64,000 bases of DNA from Acidimicrobiia bacterium (GTDB taxonomy: Bacteria; Actinomycetota; Acidimicrobiia; Spongiisociales; ZC4RG35): positions 192,001-256,000 of the forward strand of contig CBDBCY010000004.1 of the NCBI GenBank assembly GCA_965203555.1, in the 5' to 3' direction. Below, one piece after another: positions 50,946 to 61,254 of this stretch; position 1 is the stretch's first letter, and each line of letters opens with the position of its first letter. The notes under the pieces are model-generated. The model searched no databases, was not told the origin of the DNA, and was given only the letters and a program-made list of their open reading frames with translations. The translations under genes were made by a program, and so were the position numbers.

Positions 50946-53774
50946 ATGAACTCTCGTGAGCCGGTCTCTGTGGAGAGTTCTGGGTTGTACCGTTTCTTCA
51001 CAAGGGGACATGTTCGCGTCTCTCTAGTTGATGGACGACTTCGCCTGGAGAGGCAGGCGGGACGTGGGGCGGAGGAGTTAGGCGTCCGAGCGATCCACGA
51101 CATAACGGTTCGTCGTTCCTTGTTCCGAACGCGGTTGACAATCCACAGGTCAGATAACACCCGGTGCTCGATAGGTGGACTTGACCAGCAGGCCGCTGCC
51201 GGATTCCGCGTTGCTGTCCTGGAGACCGCCGGGCGGTATGCCTCCGAACTGGGTCCGCGTCTGGAGAAACTCGGAAGGTACCTGGACTTGGTCTGGGCTG
51301 GCGGCACCTATTTCAGGCATTCGGAGTCCCGCAAGTTTCATGAGGATCTGGTGTCGGCGGTCCACCAATCCGGCGGGCTGGTGCGGAACCGCCTCGGGCG
51401 GGGAGCGAGAGCTGCGTTTGTTCGGCTTGCCCCGCTCGAGTCCGCCCAGCGGTTCGAAGCGGAGCGGGCAAAGGCGAACAGGCATTTCATTGAGGTGACC
51501 ATCCCCTGGGTGAAAGAGGTATCCCGTTCGGTTCTCTCTCATCCGCTCACAGACGAGCAAGCAGAGGCGATCGCCACCGGCGAGGATGTAACCCTCGTGT
51601 TAGCTGGTGCGGGAACAGGCAAGACCGCGACCATCGTGGGCAAGGTCGCCCATCTGGTTCGTAACGAGGGGGTAGATCCGGATCAGGTCTTGGTGCTGGC
51701 CTACAACCGCAGGGCCGCCGAGGAAATCCGTGAACGTCTTCCCTGGGACCTCTCTGGGGCGCAGGTTTCAACTTTCCACGCCTTCGGCCGAAGCATCATC
51801 GCCAAGTCCGGGCGAGCCCCTTCGGTATCGAAACTTGCCGGAGACCGACGTGCTTTCACCAGGGAGATTGAGACCATTCTCCAAGAGATCTTGACCGATC
51901 CCGGGCAGCCGGCTGATGTGACCAACTTCCTTCTTTACCACCATCGGCCCTATCGTTCGGCCTTCGACTTCAAGACGGTCGCCGTATACGAGGAGTGGGT
52001 GCGCACGGTCGAGTTGCGAACGTTGAACGGCGAGTTGGTCAAGAGCTTCGAGGAACTCGTCATTGCCAACTTTCTGGCCGAGCATGGCATCCGGTATGAG
52101 TACGAACATGATTACCCGGTTGACACAGCAACCGGGTCGCACCGGCAGTACCAGCCTGACTTCTATCTCCCGGACCACCGTATCTACATAGAGCATTTCG
52201 CTCTCAACGAACAGATGAGGCCCCCGGGTCACTGGAAGGGTTACGCGGAAGGCGTCATTTGGAAGAGGAGTATCCACCAACAATATGGGACCACACTGGT
52301 GGAGACGTACAGCTGGCAGTACCGCAAGGGTGTGCTGCTGAATGGCCTACGGGGAGAACTCGAAGATAGAGGCGTCAGGCTGCACCCTATCCCGCGCCAG
52401 AGGCTACTCGGGGAACTGGTCAGACAGCTGGTTTCGTGGCTCTCTCAACTACTGTCCACATTCCTGAACCACGTCAAGACCAGCGGTCTGACATCGGACC
52501 AATTGCGGAAGCGTGCCCGTCAACGCCAAGATCATCTACGCTGCCGAAGCTTCCTGGGCCTCTTCGACGTGGTAAGTGAACGCTACGAGCGGCTGCTTGC
52601 AGATGAGCAGGCCGTGGATTTCCACGACCTAATCAATCGCGCGGTGATCCAGCTGCGACAAGGATTAGAAACCCCCGGGTTCCGCCATGTCTTGGTCGAC
52701 GAGTTCCAGGACATCTCCAGAGGCCGGATGGCGCTCCTCCAGGCACTCGCACAGTTCAATGTGGCATGGTTCCTCGTCGGTGACGACTGGCAATCCATCT
52801 ACCGCTTCGCCGGTAGCGATGTGGGTCTCGTGCGTAACTGCCGCACCTACCTCGGTCACACCAAGGAACAGACCCTAAGCCAGACCTTCCGATTCGGGCA
52901 CCGTATCCTCGGCCCGTCGACCGCGTTTGTGCAGCGCAACCCGGAACAGACGCAAAGGCCACTGCGTTCAAGCAGGCGCGGAGGCGACATTGGGATCAGC
53001 GTCGTAGTCGAGGCAGACTCTTCCCGCGGGGTCCAACGCGCCCTTGAGCACATCGAGACGCTCGGAGGAGGTGAACGCCGGACAGTGCTTGTCCTCGGCC
53101 GTTATGGCTTCAGCCGGGAGGTCCTCCCGCCGCTCCGACCATACCGGTCTCTGAAGGTGCGGTTCAGTACTGTGCACAGCGCAAAAGGGGAAGAGGCCGA
53201 CTACGTGGTGGTGGTGGACCTGAAGGATGACCGGATGGGATTCCCGTGCCGTCTCGAGGACGACCCGTTGCTGGACTTGGTGCTGCCCCCTCTGCACGGA
53301 GAGGCATTCCCGTTCGCCGAGGAGCGGCGTCTCTTCTATGTAGCCATGACGCGGGCGCGTTTCGGAACCTATCTGATCACGGATCCTGTACGACCGTCGA
53401 CGTTCGTCACGGAGTTGCTCCGCGAGTCCGAAGACCTATCACAACTCGGGCATCTCGCCCCGAATTGTGCACGTTGCCGCAGCGGCCGTCTGATCCCGTC
53501 CCAAACCGGTAGGAACCTGCGCTGCGCGAACCATCCAACCTGCGACTACCTGGCGCCCCGGTGCAACAGTTGCAACACCGGCTACTCGTTGGTTATGGGG
53601 AAGTCTGGAAGGCCCAAATGCAGCAATACGTCCTGCGGTCACCGTCCGAGGGCCTGCCCACAGTGCAGGATTGGCGTATTGGTGGAGAAGAAGGGCAGAT
53701 ACGGACGCTTCCGAGGATGCTCCAGATACTGGGCCGAACCGTCCTGCAAGCACACGGAGAAAATCGCTGGCTGA
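50946..53774 (+). CDS. helD: DNA helicase IV (UvrD family) with C-terminal zinc ribbons
   Basis: LAGAGTGKT, LAYN, TFHAFG, YQPDFYL..IYIEHF insert, LVDEFQD, VGDDWQSIYRF, STVHSAKG, EERRLFYVAMTRAR; Cys-rich C-terminus. Confidence 0.85.
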   Translation: MNSREPVSVESSGLYRFFTRGHVRVSLVDGRLRLERQAGRGAEELGVRAIHDITVRRSLFRTRLTIHRSDNTRCSIGGLDQQAAAGFRVAVLETAGRYASELGPRLEKLGRYLDLVWAGGTYFRHSESRKFHEDLVSAVHQSGGLVRNRLGRGARAAFVRLAPLESAQRFEAERAKANRHFIEVTIPWVKEVSRSVLSHPLTDEQAEAIATGEDVTLVLAGAGTGKTATIVGKVAHLVRNEGVDPDQVLVLAYNRRAAEEIRERLPWDLSGAQVSTFHAFGRSIIAKSGRAPSVSKLAGDRRAFTREIETILQEILTDPGQPADVTNFLLYHHRPYRSAFDFKTVAVYEEWVRTVELRTLNGELVKSFEELVIANFLAEHGIRYEYEHDYPVDTATGSHRQYQPDFYLPDHRIYIEHFALNEQMRPPGHWKGYAEGVIWKRSIHQQYGTTLVETYSWQYRKGVLLNGLRGELEDRGVRLHPIPRQRLLGELVRQLVSWLSQLLSTFLNHVKTSGLTSDQLRKRARQRQDHLRCRSFLGLFDVVSERYERLLADEQAVDFHDLINRAVIQLRQGLETPGFRHVLVDEFQDISRGRMALLQALAQFNVAWFLVGDDWQSIYRFAGSDVGLVRNCRTYLGHTKEQTLSQTFRFGHRILGPSTAFVQRNPEQTQRPLRSSRRGGDIGISVVVEADSSRGVQRALEHIETLGGGERRTVLVLGRYGFSREVLPPLRPYRSLKVRFSTVHSAKGEEADYVVVVDLKDDRMGFPCRLEDDPLLDLVLPPLHGEAFPFAEERRLFYVAMTRARFGTYLITDPVRPSTFVTELLRESEDLSQLGHLAPNCARCRSGRLIPSQTGRNLRCANHPTCDYLAPRCNSCNTGYSLVMGKSGRPKCSNTSCGHRPRACPQCRIGVLVEKKGRYGRFRGCSRYWAEPSCKHTEKIAG

Positions 53775-53899
53775 TGCACCCGTCTGTTACCGCGGATAAC
53801 CCCACCCGCAGGGGCAGGTCAAACCAGTACGAGTGGGGTGTGGGTCAAAGGAGCGCACCGGACCCAAAGTGGAGCCTCACCCGGCAGCTGTCCGGGGAT

Positions 53900-54157
53900 C
53901 TCCAGGACTGATCACTACCACCAGAAAGTGAACCGTCTCGGGCGTACGATCGCTCGTTGGGCCACCCAGATCACGAACACTCTGGCACCACTCCGCCGTG
54001 ACCAACGGACTCACAGAGGGTCTGAACAACCTGATCAAGCGAGCAGCGTTCGGGTTTCGGAGCTTCACCAACTACAGAATCCGAGCATTCCTATACGCCG
54101 GAAATCCCAACTGGAAACTCCTTGCCACCATCACTCCCCGTTGAAATCCGAAGAGCC
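53900..54157 (+). mobile_element. ISL3-family transposase 3' remnant with right inverted repeat
   Basis: TNGLTEGLNNLIKR.AFGFRSFTNYRIR; end sequence AAATCCGAAGAGCC (GGCTCTTC-type IR). Confidence 0.82.
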
Positions 54158-54248
54158 TGTTAACGAAGGGCCTGCCACCACCTAAGATCCCTTCCAGGCA
54201 ACTCCGCTCCCACCATTCCCTTGATTGAGAATGATCTCGCGAAGTCGA

Positions 54249-56057
54249 CTAATTTGGTTCTGTGATAAGCAACTCTTCTATTGCATTGTAGAAGGTGCGC
54301 TGCCGCTCCAGAGTGAAGTCTTCAAAGTCACTTATCCCGAACGGTGTACGGAGCAAAATCTCTAAAGCCGTCTCGGTGATAAAGTGCGACGCAAGGGTCG
54401 CGCGAACCGTTTCTTCGCCGTTGTTCTGGATGAGTTCCGGCAAGTATTCGTTTGGCAGTCGATCGCCGATGACGTGCCGGTTTGTGTTGGCGGTCAAAGG
54501 TGTGCGATTAAGAATCGAGTCAATCTTGACACCGAGCCCTTCTGTCCTTCCCCACCTCTGAGGCACGATGTGGTGGTCATCAAGCACTCCATGTTGGGGG
54601 ACAGCTCCAGTAATCCAATCCTTGGCTCCTCTTATAACGAGAAGATTGAAAAGCCCGTTATAGATAGATGTCCCTCGTCTTGTCTCTCGATGAAGCTCCA
54701 GTTCGCGGAAATCTCGCGTAAACTCAGAAATCAGGGCCGGTTCCGCCTCGTCACTTTCGAACCACTGACAAAGATCTCCGTAATCACGGGCTGCTGTGGA
54801 TTCAACTGCGCCTGAGTAGCGACGTGTGAAAACACTTGCCCAATACCAAAGTCTGATCTTTTTTTGTGCGTCAAGGTGACGATAAGGATCATTCTGGGAC
54901 GCTGCAGTCTGCAAAGCAGAAAAGGCAGGGACAATAGAGACATACGGAAGGTATCTTGAAAGAGTTGCTCCGAATTCCTGTGGATGCTGAAGCAACTTCA
55001 GACTACTCTCAATTGACTCCACTGCGGTATCCCAAAGCTGACTGAATTCATCAACATCACTTACCAGGATGATAGTTTTAAGAGTGCCGTCGGGCTCGCG
55101 CACCTTCTTCTTATGCCCTGGTAGTAAATAGTAAAGGTAATGCGGGGAGCAGTATTGTTGTCGAAGTATCGACATAACTTGTAGCACGTACACATTCATG
55201 CGTCCTGTCTCAACAAAATCAAGACGCTCCTTAGCGGCTCGCCACATATGCTTAAGTTGGAGACCTTTTGGTTTGAGCATGGCGTTCATTAAATCAAATA
55301 CATCCAGCCTAACACCTTTACTGTTGACTTGAGTAAAAATGTCGCATACCTTCGAAAGCTCTAGATCTTGGTCAAGCTCAATGTATGATACTTGATATTG
55401 TTGCTGAAGGTCGTGGAGGTAGATCCCGAATTGTTTGGCATCTTTGGCTCGTAGCTGTGCACGAGTTGCTAGATCTAGATCGCCACTTGCGTTCGCATCT
55501 TTGGCCTCTTTAGACCAATACGCCTCGTATTCCTGTACCCAGTTGGGCAAATCCCAGCCCTCTGCTCCGAAAATCCAGAGAGGAAATATGTGTTCTCTAA
55601 ACTGTTGTTGGCGATCCTTCATGAGCCTTGCAGTACCTCGCGTCCAGCCGTACGAGAAGGCTTCATCATAGTCCTCACTCATAAACCGGTCCACATGAAC
55701 ATAGTAGTAATAGCGATTGCGCCGATTAGGCAGATGTAGGTCTGGGGCAACGAAGGTATAGTAGATAGCAGTGAGGCGTTGCTGGCCGTCAAGGACAATG
55801 TGACGCGGATCTTCACTGTTGCTGGAGAATCCATAAACTGGTTCACATGCTAAAGCTCCAAAAGTCTCAGTCTTTCCCTTCCAGAGCAAGAGGCTGCCAA
55901 TAAAGTAGTCAAGGAAAATGGAACGCATGAGGTCGCGTATATCCCAGGGTTGCCATTCGAACTCCCTTTGAAAGTCCGGGATAACAAAGCTGCCTTCTCG
56001 AAGCTTCTTTATGAGGGGACCAAGACTAATGTGATTAGGTTTTTGTGCGTCTTTCAT
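54249..56057 (-). CDS. DUF262 + HNH (GmrSD-like) protein, lower GC
   Basis: IPDFQREFEW, LDGQQRLT, IFTQVNSKG, C-terminal DDHHIVP...N...N. Confidence 0.85.
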   Translation of the reverse strand: MKDAQKPNHISLGPLIKKLREGSFVIPDFQREFEWQPWDIRDLMRSIFLDYFIGSLLLWKGKTETFGALACEPVYGFSSNSEDPRHIVLDGQQRLTAIYYTFVAPDLHLPNRRNRYYYYVHVDRFMSEDYDEAFSYGWTRGTARLMKDRQQQFREHIFPLWIFGAEGWDLPNWVQEYEAYWSKEAKDANASGDLDLATRAQLRAKDAKQFGIYLHDLQQQYQVSYIELDQDLELSKVCDIFTQVNSKGVRLDVFDLMNAMLKPKGLQLKHMWRAAKERLDFVETGRMNVYVLQVMSILRQQYCSPHYLYYLLPGHKKKVREPDGTLKTIILVSDVDEFSQLWDTAVESIESSLKLLQHPQEFGATLSRYLPYVSIVPAFSALQTAASQNDPYRHLDAQKKIRLWYWASVFTRRYSGAVESTAARDYGDLCQWFESDEAEPALISEFTRDFRELELHRETRRGTSIYNGLFNLLVIRGAKDWITGAVPQHGVLDDHHIVPQRWGRTEGLGVKIDSILNRTPLTANTNRHVIGDRLPNEYLPELIQNNGEETVRATLASHFITETALEILLRTPFGISDFEDFTLERQRTFYNAIEELLITEPN

Positions 56058-56208
56058 ATGATGTCCTTGGCGATTTAGTATTGCGCCCCTCTCTTAATGT
56101 GGGGCGTAGCGGAGTATACGTAGAGAGTGGCGCTGTGCTAGATACGATCGTGACGCTGCCAGGAGCCCCAAATATAGCAGCGTTTCGGGATGCTCGAACC
56201 GACTGAAC

Positions 56209-57387
56209 TCACCACCCGTTCTGTGGAGACGGGACTTGGAAGTCGGAGCCGAGCGTCCGCCATATCATCGGGACGCCGGGGCGGTAGGCGAGGTGATGGC
56301 GGGTTGGGGCGTTGAGGATGGTGAGGTGGGCTGGGCCTTCGGGGGCTAGGCGACCGACGTCGGTTCGGCGTAAGGCGGCGGCGGCGCCGGTGGTTGCTGC
56401 TGCTATGGCTTCGTCGATGGTCATGTTCATATCGCGGACAGCCAGGGCGATGCAGAAGGAGATGGAGGTGGTGTAGCTCGAGCCGGGGTTGCAGTTGGAG
56501 GCGATGGCCACTTGGACTCCGGCGTCGATGGCGCGGCGGGCGTTGGGGTAGGGCTGGCGGGTGGAGAAGTCGGCGGCGGGGAGGAAGGTGGCTACGGTGT
56601 CGCTGGCGGCGAGCATCTCGATGTCTTGGTCGGAAAGGTAGGTGCAATGGTCTACGGAGGCACAGCCCATCTCCACGCCGAGGCGGACCCCGGGTCCGTA
56701 GTGGAGTTGGTTGGCGTGGAGGCGTAAACCCAAGCCTGCCCGCCTTCCGGCTTCGAGGACCGCTCTCGATTGATCGACGTCAAAGGCGCCGGTCTCGCAG
56801 AACACATCGATCCAGCGCACATGGGGGCGGACCGCATCGAGCATGGGCCCGCAGACCAACTCGGTGTAGTCGTCGGCGCGTCCCTGGTACTCGCTCGGTA
56901 CGACATGGGCGCCCAGGAAGGTGGTCTCGGTGGTCACTTCGGCTGCCAGGGAGGTGGTCAGGGCTTCGGATTCGACCGACAGTCCATAGCCCGACTTGAT
57001 CTCCACGGTTGTGGTGCCCGCCCGGTGTGCCTCGATGAGCCGCCGATCTAGTGCCGATCTCAGGGCCTTCCGGCTGGCGGCGCGGGTGGCTTCGGTGGTG
57101 ACCCGGATCCCTCCTCCGTCGTAGGGTTCGCCGGCCATGCGACGGGTGAACTCCTCGGCGCGGTCACCGGCGAAGACCAGGTGGGTGTGGGAGTCGACGA
57201 ATCCGGGTAGCACACACCGACCCCCGACGTCGAGACGTTCATCGGCCAACGCGCCGGTCGGGCAGATGGCGATTACCTGGTCGTCGTCGATCACTACGGA
57301 GGCGTTCTTGACGATCCCGAGCGCTCCCTCTCCCAGGGCGGGGATGTTGGTGATCAACTCGCCGATGTTGTCGACCACCAGGGTCAT
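56209..57387 (-). CDS. hutI: Imidazolonepropionase
   Basis: DSHTHLVFAGDRAEEF, EIKSGYGL, DVFCE, LHANQL, CNPGSS; ATGA overlap with hutF. Confidence 0.95.
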   Translation of the reverse strand: MTLVVDNIGELITNIPALGEGALGIVKNASVVIDDDQVIAICPTGALADERLDVGGRCVLPGFVDSHTHLVFAGDRAEEFTRRMAGEPYDGGGIRVTTEATRAASRKALRSALDRRLIEAHRAGTTTVEIKSGYGLSVESEALTTSLAAEVTTETTFLGAHVVPSEYQGRADDYTELVCGPMLDAVRPHVRWIDVFCETGAFDVDQSRAVLEAGRRAGLGLRLHANQLHYGPGVRLGVEMGCASVDHCTYLSDQDIEMLAASDTVATFLPAADFSTRQPYPNARRAIDAGVQVAIASNCNPGSSYTTSISFCIALAVRDMNMTIDEAIAAATTGAAAALRRTDVGRLAPEGPAHLTILNAPTRHHLAYRPGVPMIWRTLGSDFQVPSPQNGW

Positions 57388-58748
57388 GAGGTCATCAACT
57401 TGGGGATGATGGAGTCGAGTTCGGAGGCAACATTGATCGAGACGTGGGTCCCGTCGACCACGACCGGCGCTCCCCCCACCACCAGGTGACGGACATCGGC
57501 GCTCGATGCGGCGAAGATCGCCGAAGCGAGTGCATTGGCGGCGTCGGCGCCGGCGAGGCGCACCGAGTCGAGACCCAGAGTGGCGAAGTCGGCCAGGGAA
57601 CCCGGCGTGAGAGCGCCTCCCTCGGTCCATCCCAGCGACAGGTAGCCGTTTCGGGTGGCCATGTCGGCCAGGGCTTCGAGCGAGTGCACCCCCCGCTCGA
57701 GTTTGGTGACACGCTGGCCCATCTCGACTGCCCGGGTCTCCTCGAAGAGATCGACGATGGCATGGGAGTCCGAACCCACGCAGAGGCGGGCGCCGGCGGC
57801 CGCCAGTGCCTCGCTCGGGCCGATGCCGTCGGCCAGATCGCGTTCGGTTGTCGGGCAGAGACAGACGTTCGCTCCGGCCTCGCCGACCAGGGAGATGTCT
57901 TCTTCCGAGACATGCGTGGCGTGGACCAGCGTTGTCTGGGGACCCAGACCGCCCGCATCGGCCATCACCCCGATCGGGGTTCGCCCATGAACCTCGAGGC
58001 ACCCCCGGTTCTCGGCGGGCTGCTCGGAGATGTGGACGTGGAGCGGCGCGCGGTTTTCGGCAGCCCAACGCGCCGCGGTCCTGATAGACGTAGGGTCCAC
58101 GGCGCGCACCGAGTGGACAGCCGCGCTCACCGAGGTGTTCGAGCCCGAGATGGCGGTGGCCAGGTCGTCCACCCGGTCCGCCCATGCCTCGGCGGAGCCG
58201 TCGGAGAAGCGGGCTTGTTCCTCTGACAGGGGTGCGTACCCGGATGCCGTCCCGGGAGCAAAGCCACCGTGGAGGTAGAGGGTGTCGAGGAGGGTGAGGC
58301 GGATGCCGGCGTCGGTGGCCGCTGCCGCCAGTGAGGCTCCCATGGCGTTGGGGTCGTCGTAGGCGCCCCCGCCGGGACGGTGGTGGACGTAGTGGAATTC
58401 GCCCACCACGCCGATTCCGGCCATGGCCATCTCGGCGAAGACCGCCCGGGCAAGTCGGTAGTAGTTGTCGGGATCGAGGCCGGAAGAAACCCGGTACATG
58501 AGGTCCCGCCAGGTCCAGAACGTGCTCCGCTCGCCCTGGGTTCGGCTCCGGAGTGCCCGGTGGAAAGCATGGCTGTGCGCGTTGGCCAGCGCCGGAATCG
58601 TCAGTCCTCGCAGCTGTGTGGCGCCCGGGGGAGGAGCGCTGTGCCCGGAGGTCACCGCGCAGATGCCACCCTGATCGACTTCGATCACCACTCCCGGTGC
58701 AGCTTCCGGACCACCCAGCCAGGCCAGTTCGCACCAGTAGACGGTCAC
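57384..58748 (-). CDS. hutF: Formiminoglutamate deiminase
   Basis: NAHSHAFHRAL, FWTWRDLMY, GEFHYVHH, HSVRAV, HISEQ, CPTTERDLADG, GSDSH. Confidence 0.93.
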   Translation of the reverse strand: MTVYWCELAWLGGPEAAPGVVIEVDQGGICAVTSGHSAPPPGATQLRGLTIPALANAHSHAFHRALRSRTQGERSTFWTWRDLMYRVSSGLDPDNYYRLARAVFAEMAMAGIGVVGEFHYVHHRPGGGAYDDPNAMGASLAAAATDAGIRLTLLDTLYLHGGFAPGTASGYAPLSEEQARFSDGSAEAWADRVDDLATAISGSNTSVSAAVHSVRAVDPTSIRTAARWAAENRAPLHVHISEQPAENRGCLEVHGRTPIGVMADAGGLGPQTTLVHATHVSEEDISLVGEAGANVCLCPTTERDLADGIGPSEALAAAGARLCVGSDSHAIVDLFEETRAVEMGQRVTKLERGVHSLEALADMATRNGYLSLGWTEGGALTPGSLADFATLGLDSVRLAGADAANALASAIFAASSADVRHLVVGGAPVVVDGTHVSINVASELDSIIPKLMTS

Positions 58749-59314
58749 GATCCGACCTCTCGGACGAAGCGGGTGATGCGCTCGACGAAGGCGTCCTGGT
58801 GGTGGGTCCTGAACTGCTCCCAGGTCGCGAGCGTCCTGGGGTCGATCCGATCGACCACCAGGATGCCGTTGAGGTGGTCACACTCGTGCTGCCAGGTGCC
58901 GGCGGTGAGTCCCCGCACCACCCGTTGGTGGTCGACGCCCTCGCGATCGGTGTATCGGACCGCAAGGTTGACCGAGCGGACCAGTTCGCCTCTCAACGGC
59001 ACCGACAGGCATCCCTCGTTGATGACCACCTTCTCGTCGTCCATGACTTCGAGTTCCGGATTGATGGCCACCGTCAGGGGCACGGGGGGCTTGTAGGGGT
59101 AGCGAGGGTTGTCCTTCACCTCGATGGTGAGGACCCGGTCGGTCTCTCCTATCTGGTTGGCGGCTATGCCCGCCCCGTTGGCGTGGCGCATGGTGTCGAT
59201 GAGATCGTCGATGAGGCACTGGATTCGCGGGCTGGAGATGTCCGAACGCGGCACCGGCGTGGTCCTGGTCCGCAAGGTGGGATGGCCGATGGGGAGAATG
59301 GGGCGGACGGTCAT
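58745..59314 (-). CDS. def: Peptide deformylase-family protein inside the hut operon
   Basis: GAGIAANQ, EGCLSV, QHECDH motifs; GTGA overlap with the hutF start. Confidence 0.9.
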   Translation of the reverse strand: MTVRPILPIGHPTLRTRTTPVPRSDISSPRIQCLIDDLIDTMRHANGAGIAANQIGETDRVLTIEVKDNPRYPYKPPVPLTVAINPELEVMDDEKVVINEGCLSVPLRGELVRSVNLAVRYTDREGVDHQRVVRGLTAGTWQHECDHLNGILVVDRIDPRTLATWEQFRTHHQDAFVERITRFVREVGS

Positions 59315-59447
59315 GGGGGTGGCCTGTGGCCGACGGCCGGCAACGTCCGGCAGGTGGGATGGCGGTGGGGGAGGGGCGACCGGAGAACAGCCGATCCGTG
59401 AACTTCGAGCGGGAGGCGCGGCCCGCCGGGCAGGCGGCTGGCGGCCA

Positions 59448-61139
59448 CTATCGCCGGGTCTTCTCCGCCATGGGTACGTGCACTCCCCGGTCGGCGGCGA
59501 CCCGGACGGCCTCGTCGTAGCCGGCGTCGACGTGGCGCATCACCCCGGTGGCCGGGTCGTTCAGAAGGACCCGCTCCAGCTTGGCGGCCGCCAGGTCGGT
59601 GCCGTCGGCGAGGCACACCTGGCCGGCGTGGATCGACCGGCCGATGCCGACGCCGCCGCCGTGGTGGATGCTCACCCAGGTGGCGCCCGAAGACGCATTG
59701 ACCAGGGCGTTGAGCAGTGGCCAGTCGGCGATGGCGTCGCTGCCGTCCGCCATGTCCTCGGTCTCCCGGTAGGGCGAAGCAACCGAGCCGGAGTCGAGAT
59801 GGTCGCGGCCGATGACGATGGGAGCGGAGATCTCCCCGGATCTGACCATCTCGTTGAAGCGAAGCCCCAGGCGATGGCGCTCGCCGTAACCGACCCAGCA
59901 GATCCGGGCCGGGAGACCCTGGAAGGCGACCCGTTCGCCGGCCAGGTTAATCCAGCGGGCAAGAGCCTCGTTCTCGGGGAACTCCTCGAGCACGGCCCGA
60001 TCGGTGGCGGCGATGTCCGCCGGGTCGCCGGACAGGGCCACCCAGCGAAAAGGCCCCTTGCCCTCGCAGAACAGCGGACGGATGTAGGCGGGTAGGAACC
60101 CGGGATAGTCGAAGGCGCGGTCGTATCCTCCCAGTGCGGCCTCGGCCCGGAGGCTGTTGCCGTAGTCGAACACCTCGGCGCCGGCGTCGAGGAACCCGAC
60201 CATAGCCTCCACATGGGTGGCCATGGCGTGGCGGGCCCGATCGATGTACTCGTCGGGCTTCTTGTCACGTATGTCATCGGCTTCCTCGAGGGAGAGATCG
60301 AGGGGGATATAGGTGAGCGGATCGTGCGCCGAGGTCTGATCGGTGACGATGTCGGCCGAGACCCCGTCGGCCAGGAGGCGCGGCAGCAGGTCGGCGGCGT
60401 TGCCGACCAGTCCCACCGAGAGGGCCCTCCGGGCGGAGACCGCTTCCCGGCAGCGACGGAGTGCGTCGTCGTAGTCGTCGGCCACCACGTCCAGGAACCG
60501 GGTCTCGACGCGGCGAGCCGCCCGGTGGGGGTCGACCTCGATGCAGAGTGCCACGCCGTCGTTCATGGTGATGGCCAGCGGTTGGGCGCCTCCCATGCCG
60601 CCCAGTCCGGCGGTGACGGTGAGGGTGCCTGCCAGAGACCCGTCGAAGCGCTTCCGGGCGATGGCGGCGAAACACTCGTATGTCCCCTGCAGGATGCCCT
60701 GGGTGCCGATGTATATCCACGAGCCGGCGGTCATCTGCCCGTACATGGTGAGACCGAGGTGCTCGAGGCGGCGGAACTCGTCCCAGGTGCCCCAGTCGGG
60801 GACCAGGTTGGAGTTGGCGATCAGGACCCTGGGCGCCCACTCATGGGTCCGGAGGACGCCGACCGGCTTGCCGGACTGCACCAGCATGGTCTCGTCGTCT
60901 TCGAGGGTGGTGAGTGTCCGGATCATGGCGTGGTAGGCGTCCCATGACCTGGCCGCCCGACCGGTCCCCCCGTAGACCACCAGGTCCGCGGGTCGCTCGG
61001 CGACCTCGGGATCGAGGTTGTTCTGGAGCATCCGGAAGGCGGCCTCCTGCGGCCACCCGCGGCAGGTCAACGACGTGCCCCTCGGGGAGCGGACGCCACC
61101 CGGCGGTGCGCCGGAACTGTGTTGGGCTATGGCGGTCAT
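59448..61139 (-). CDS. hutU: Urocanate hydratase
   Basis: [45 protein letters not shown]. Confidence 0.98.
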   Translation of the reverse strand: MTAIAQHSSGAPPGGVRSPRGTSLTCRGWPQEAAFRMLQNNLDPEVAERPADLVVYGGTGRAARSWDAYHAMIRTLTTLEDDETMLVQSGKPVGVLRTHEWAPRVLIANSNLVPDWGTWDEFRRLEHLGLTMYGQMTAGSWIYIGTQGILQGTYECFAAIARKRFDGSLAGTLTVTAGLGGMGGAQPLAITMNDGVALCIEVDPHRAARRVETRFLDVVADDYDDALRRCREAVSARRALSVGLVGNAADLLPRLLADGVSADIVTDQTSAHDPLTYIPLDLSLEEADDIRDKKPDEYIDRARHAMATHVEAMVGFLDAGAEVFDYGNSLRAEAALGGYDRAFDYPGFLPAYIRPLFCEGKGPFRWVALSGDPADIAATDRAVLEEFPENEALARWINLAGERVAFQGLPARICWVGYGERHRLGLRFNEMVRSGEISAPIVIGRDHLDSGSVASPYRETEDMADGSDAIADWPLLNALVNASSGATWVSIHHGGGVGIGRSIHAGQVCLADGTDLAAAKLERVLLNDPATGVMRHVDAGYDEAVRVAADRGVHVPMAEKTRR

Positions 61140-61239
61140 GGTGGCTTACCACATCAGCACGGTGGGTCGTTTACAGGTCCGGGCTGCTGGTTGCCATTAT
61201 ACCGATCGTGCATCTATCCTGTCATTTACTAGCAATACT

Positions 61240-61254
61240 TTTCATGCAGTGAAA
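61240..61254. promoter_or_regulatory. Candidate IclR-type operator TTTCA-N5-TGAAA
   Basis: Palindrome in the divergent hutU/regulator spacer, overlapping the probable regulator start. Confidence 0.45.

Noticed and set aside
56209-58965. 918-aa fused ORF
   Set aside because: The upstream part is an alternative frame over hutF/def; hutI starts at 57387 with an ATGA overlap.
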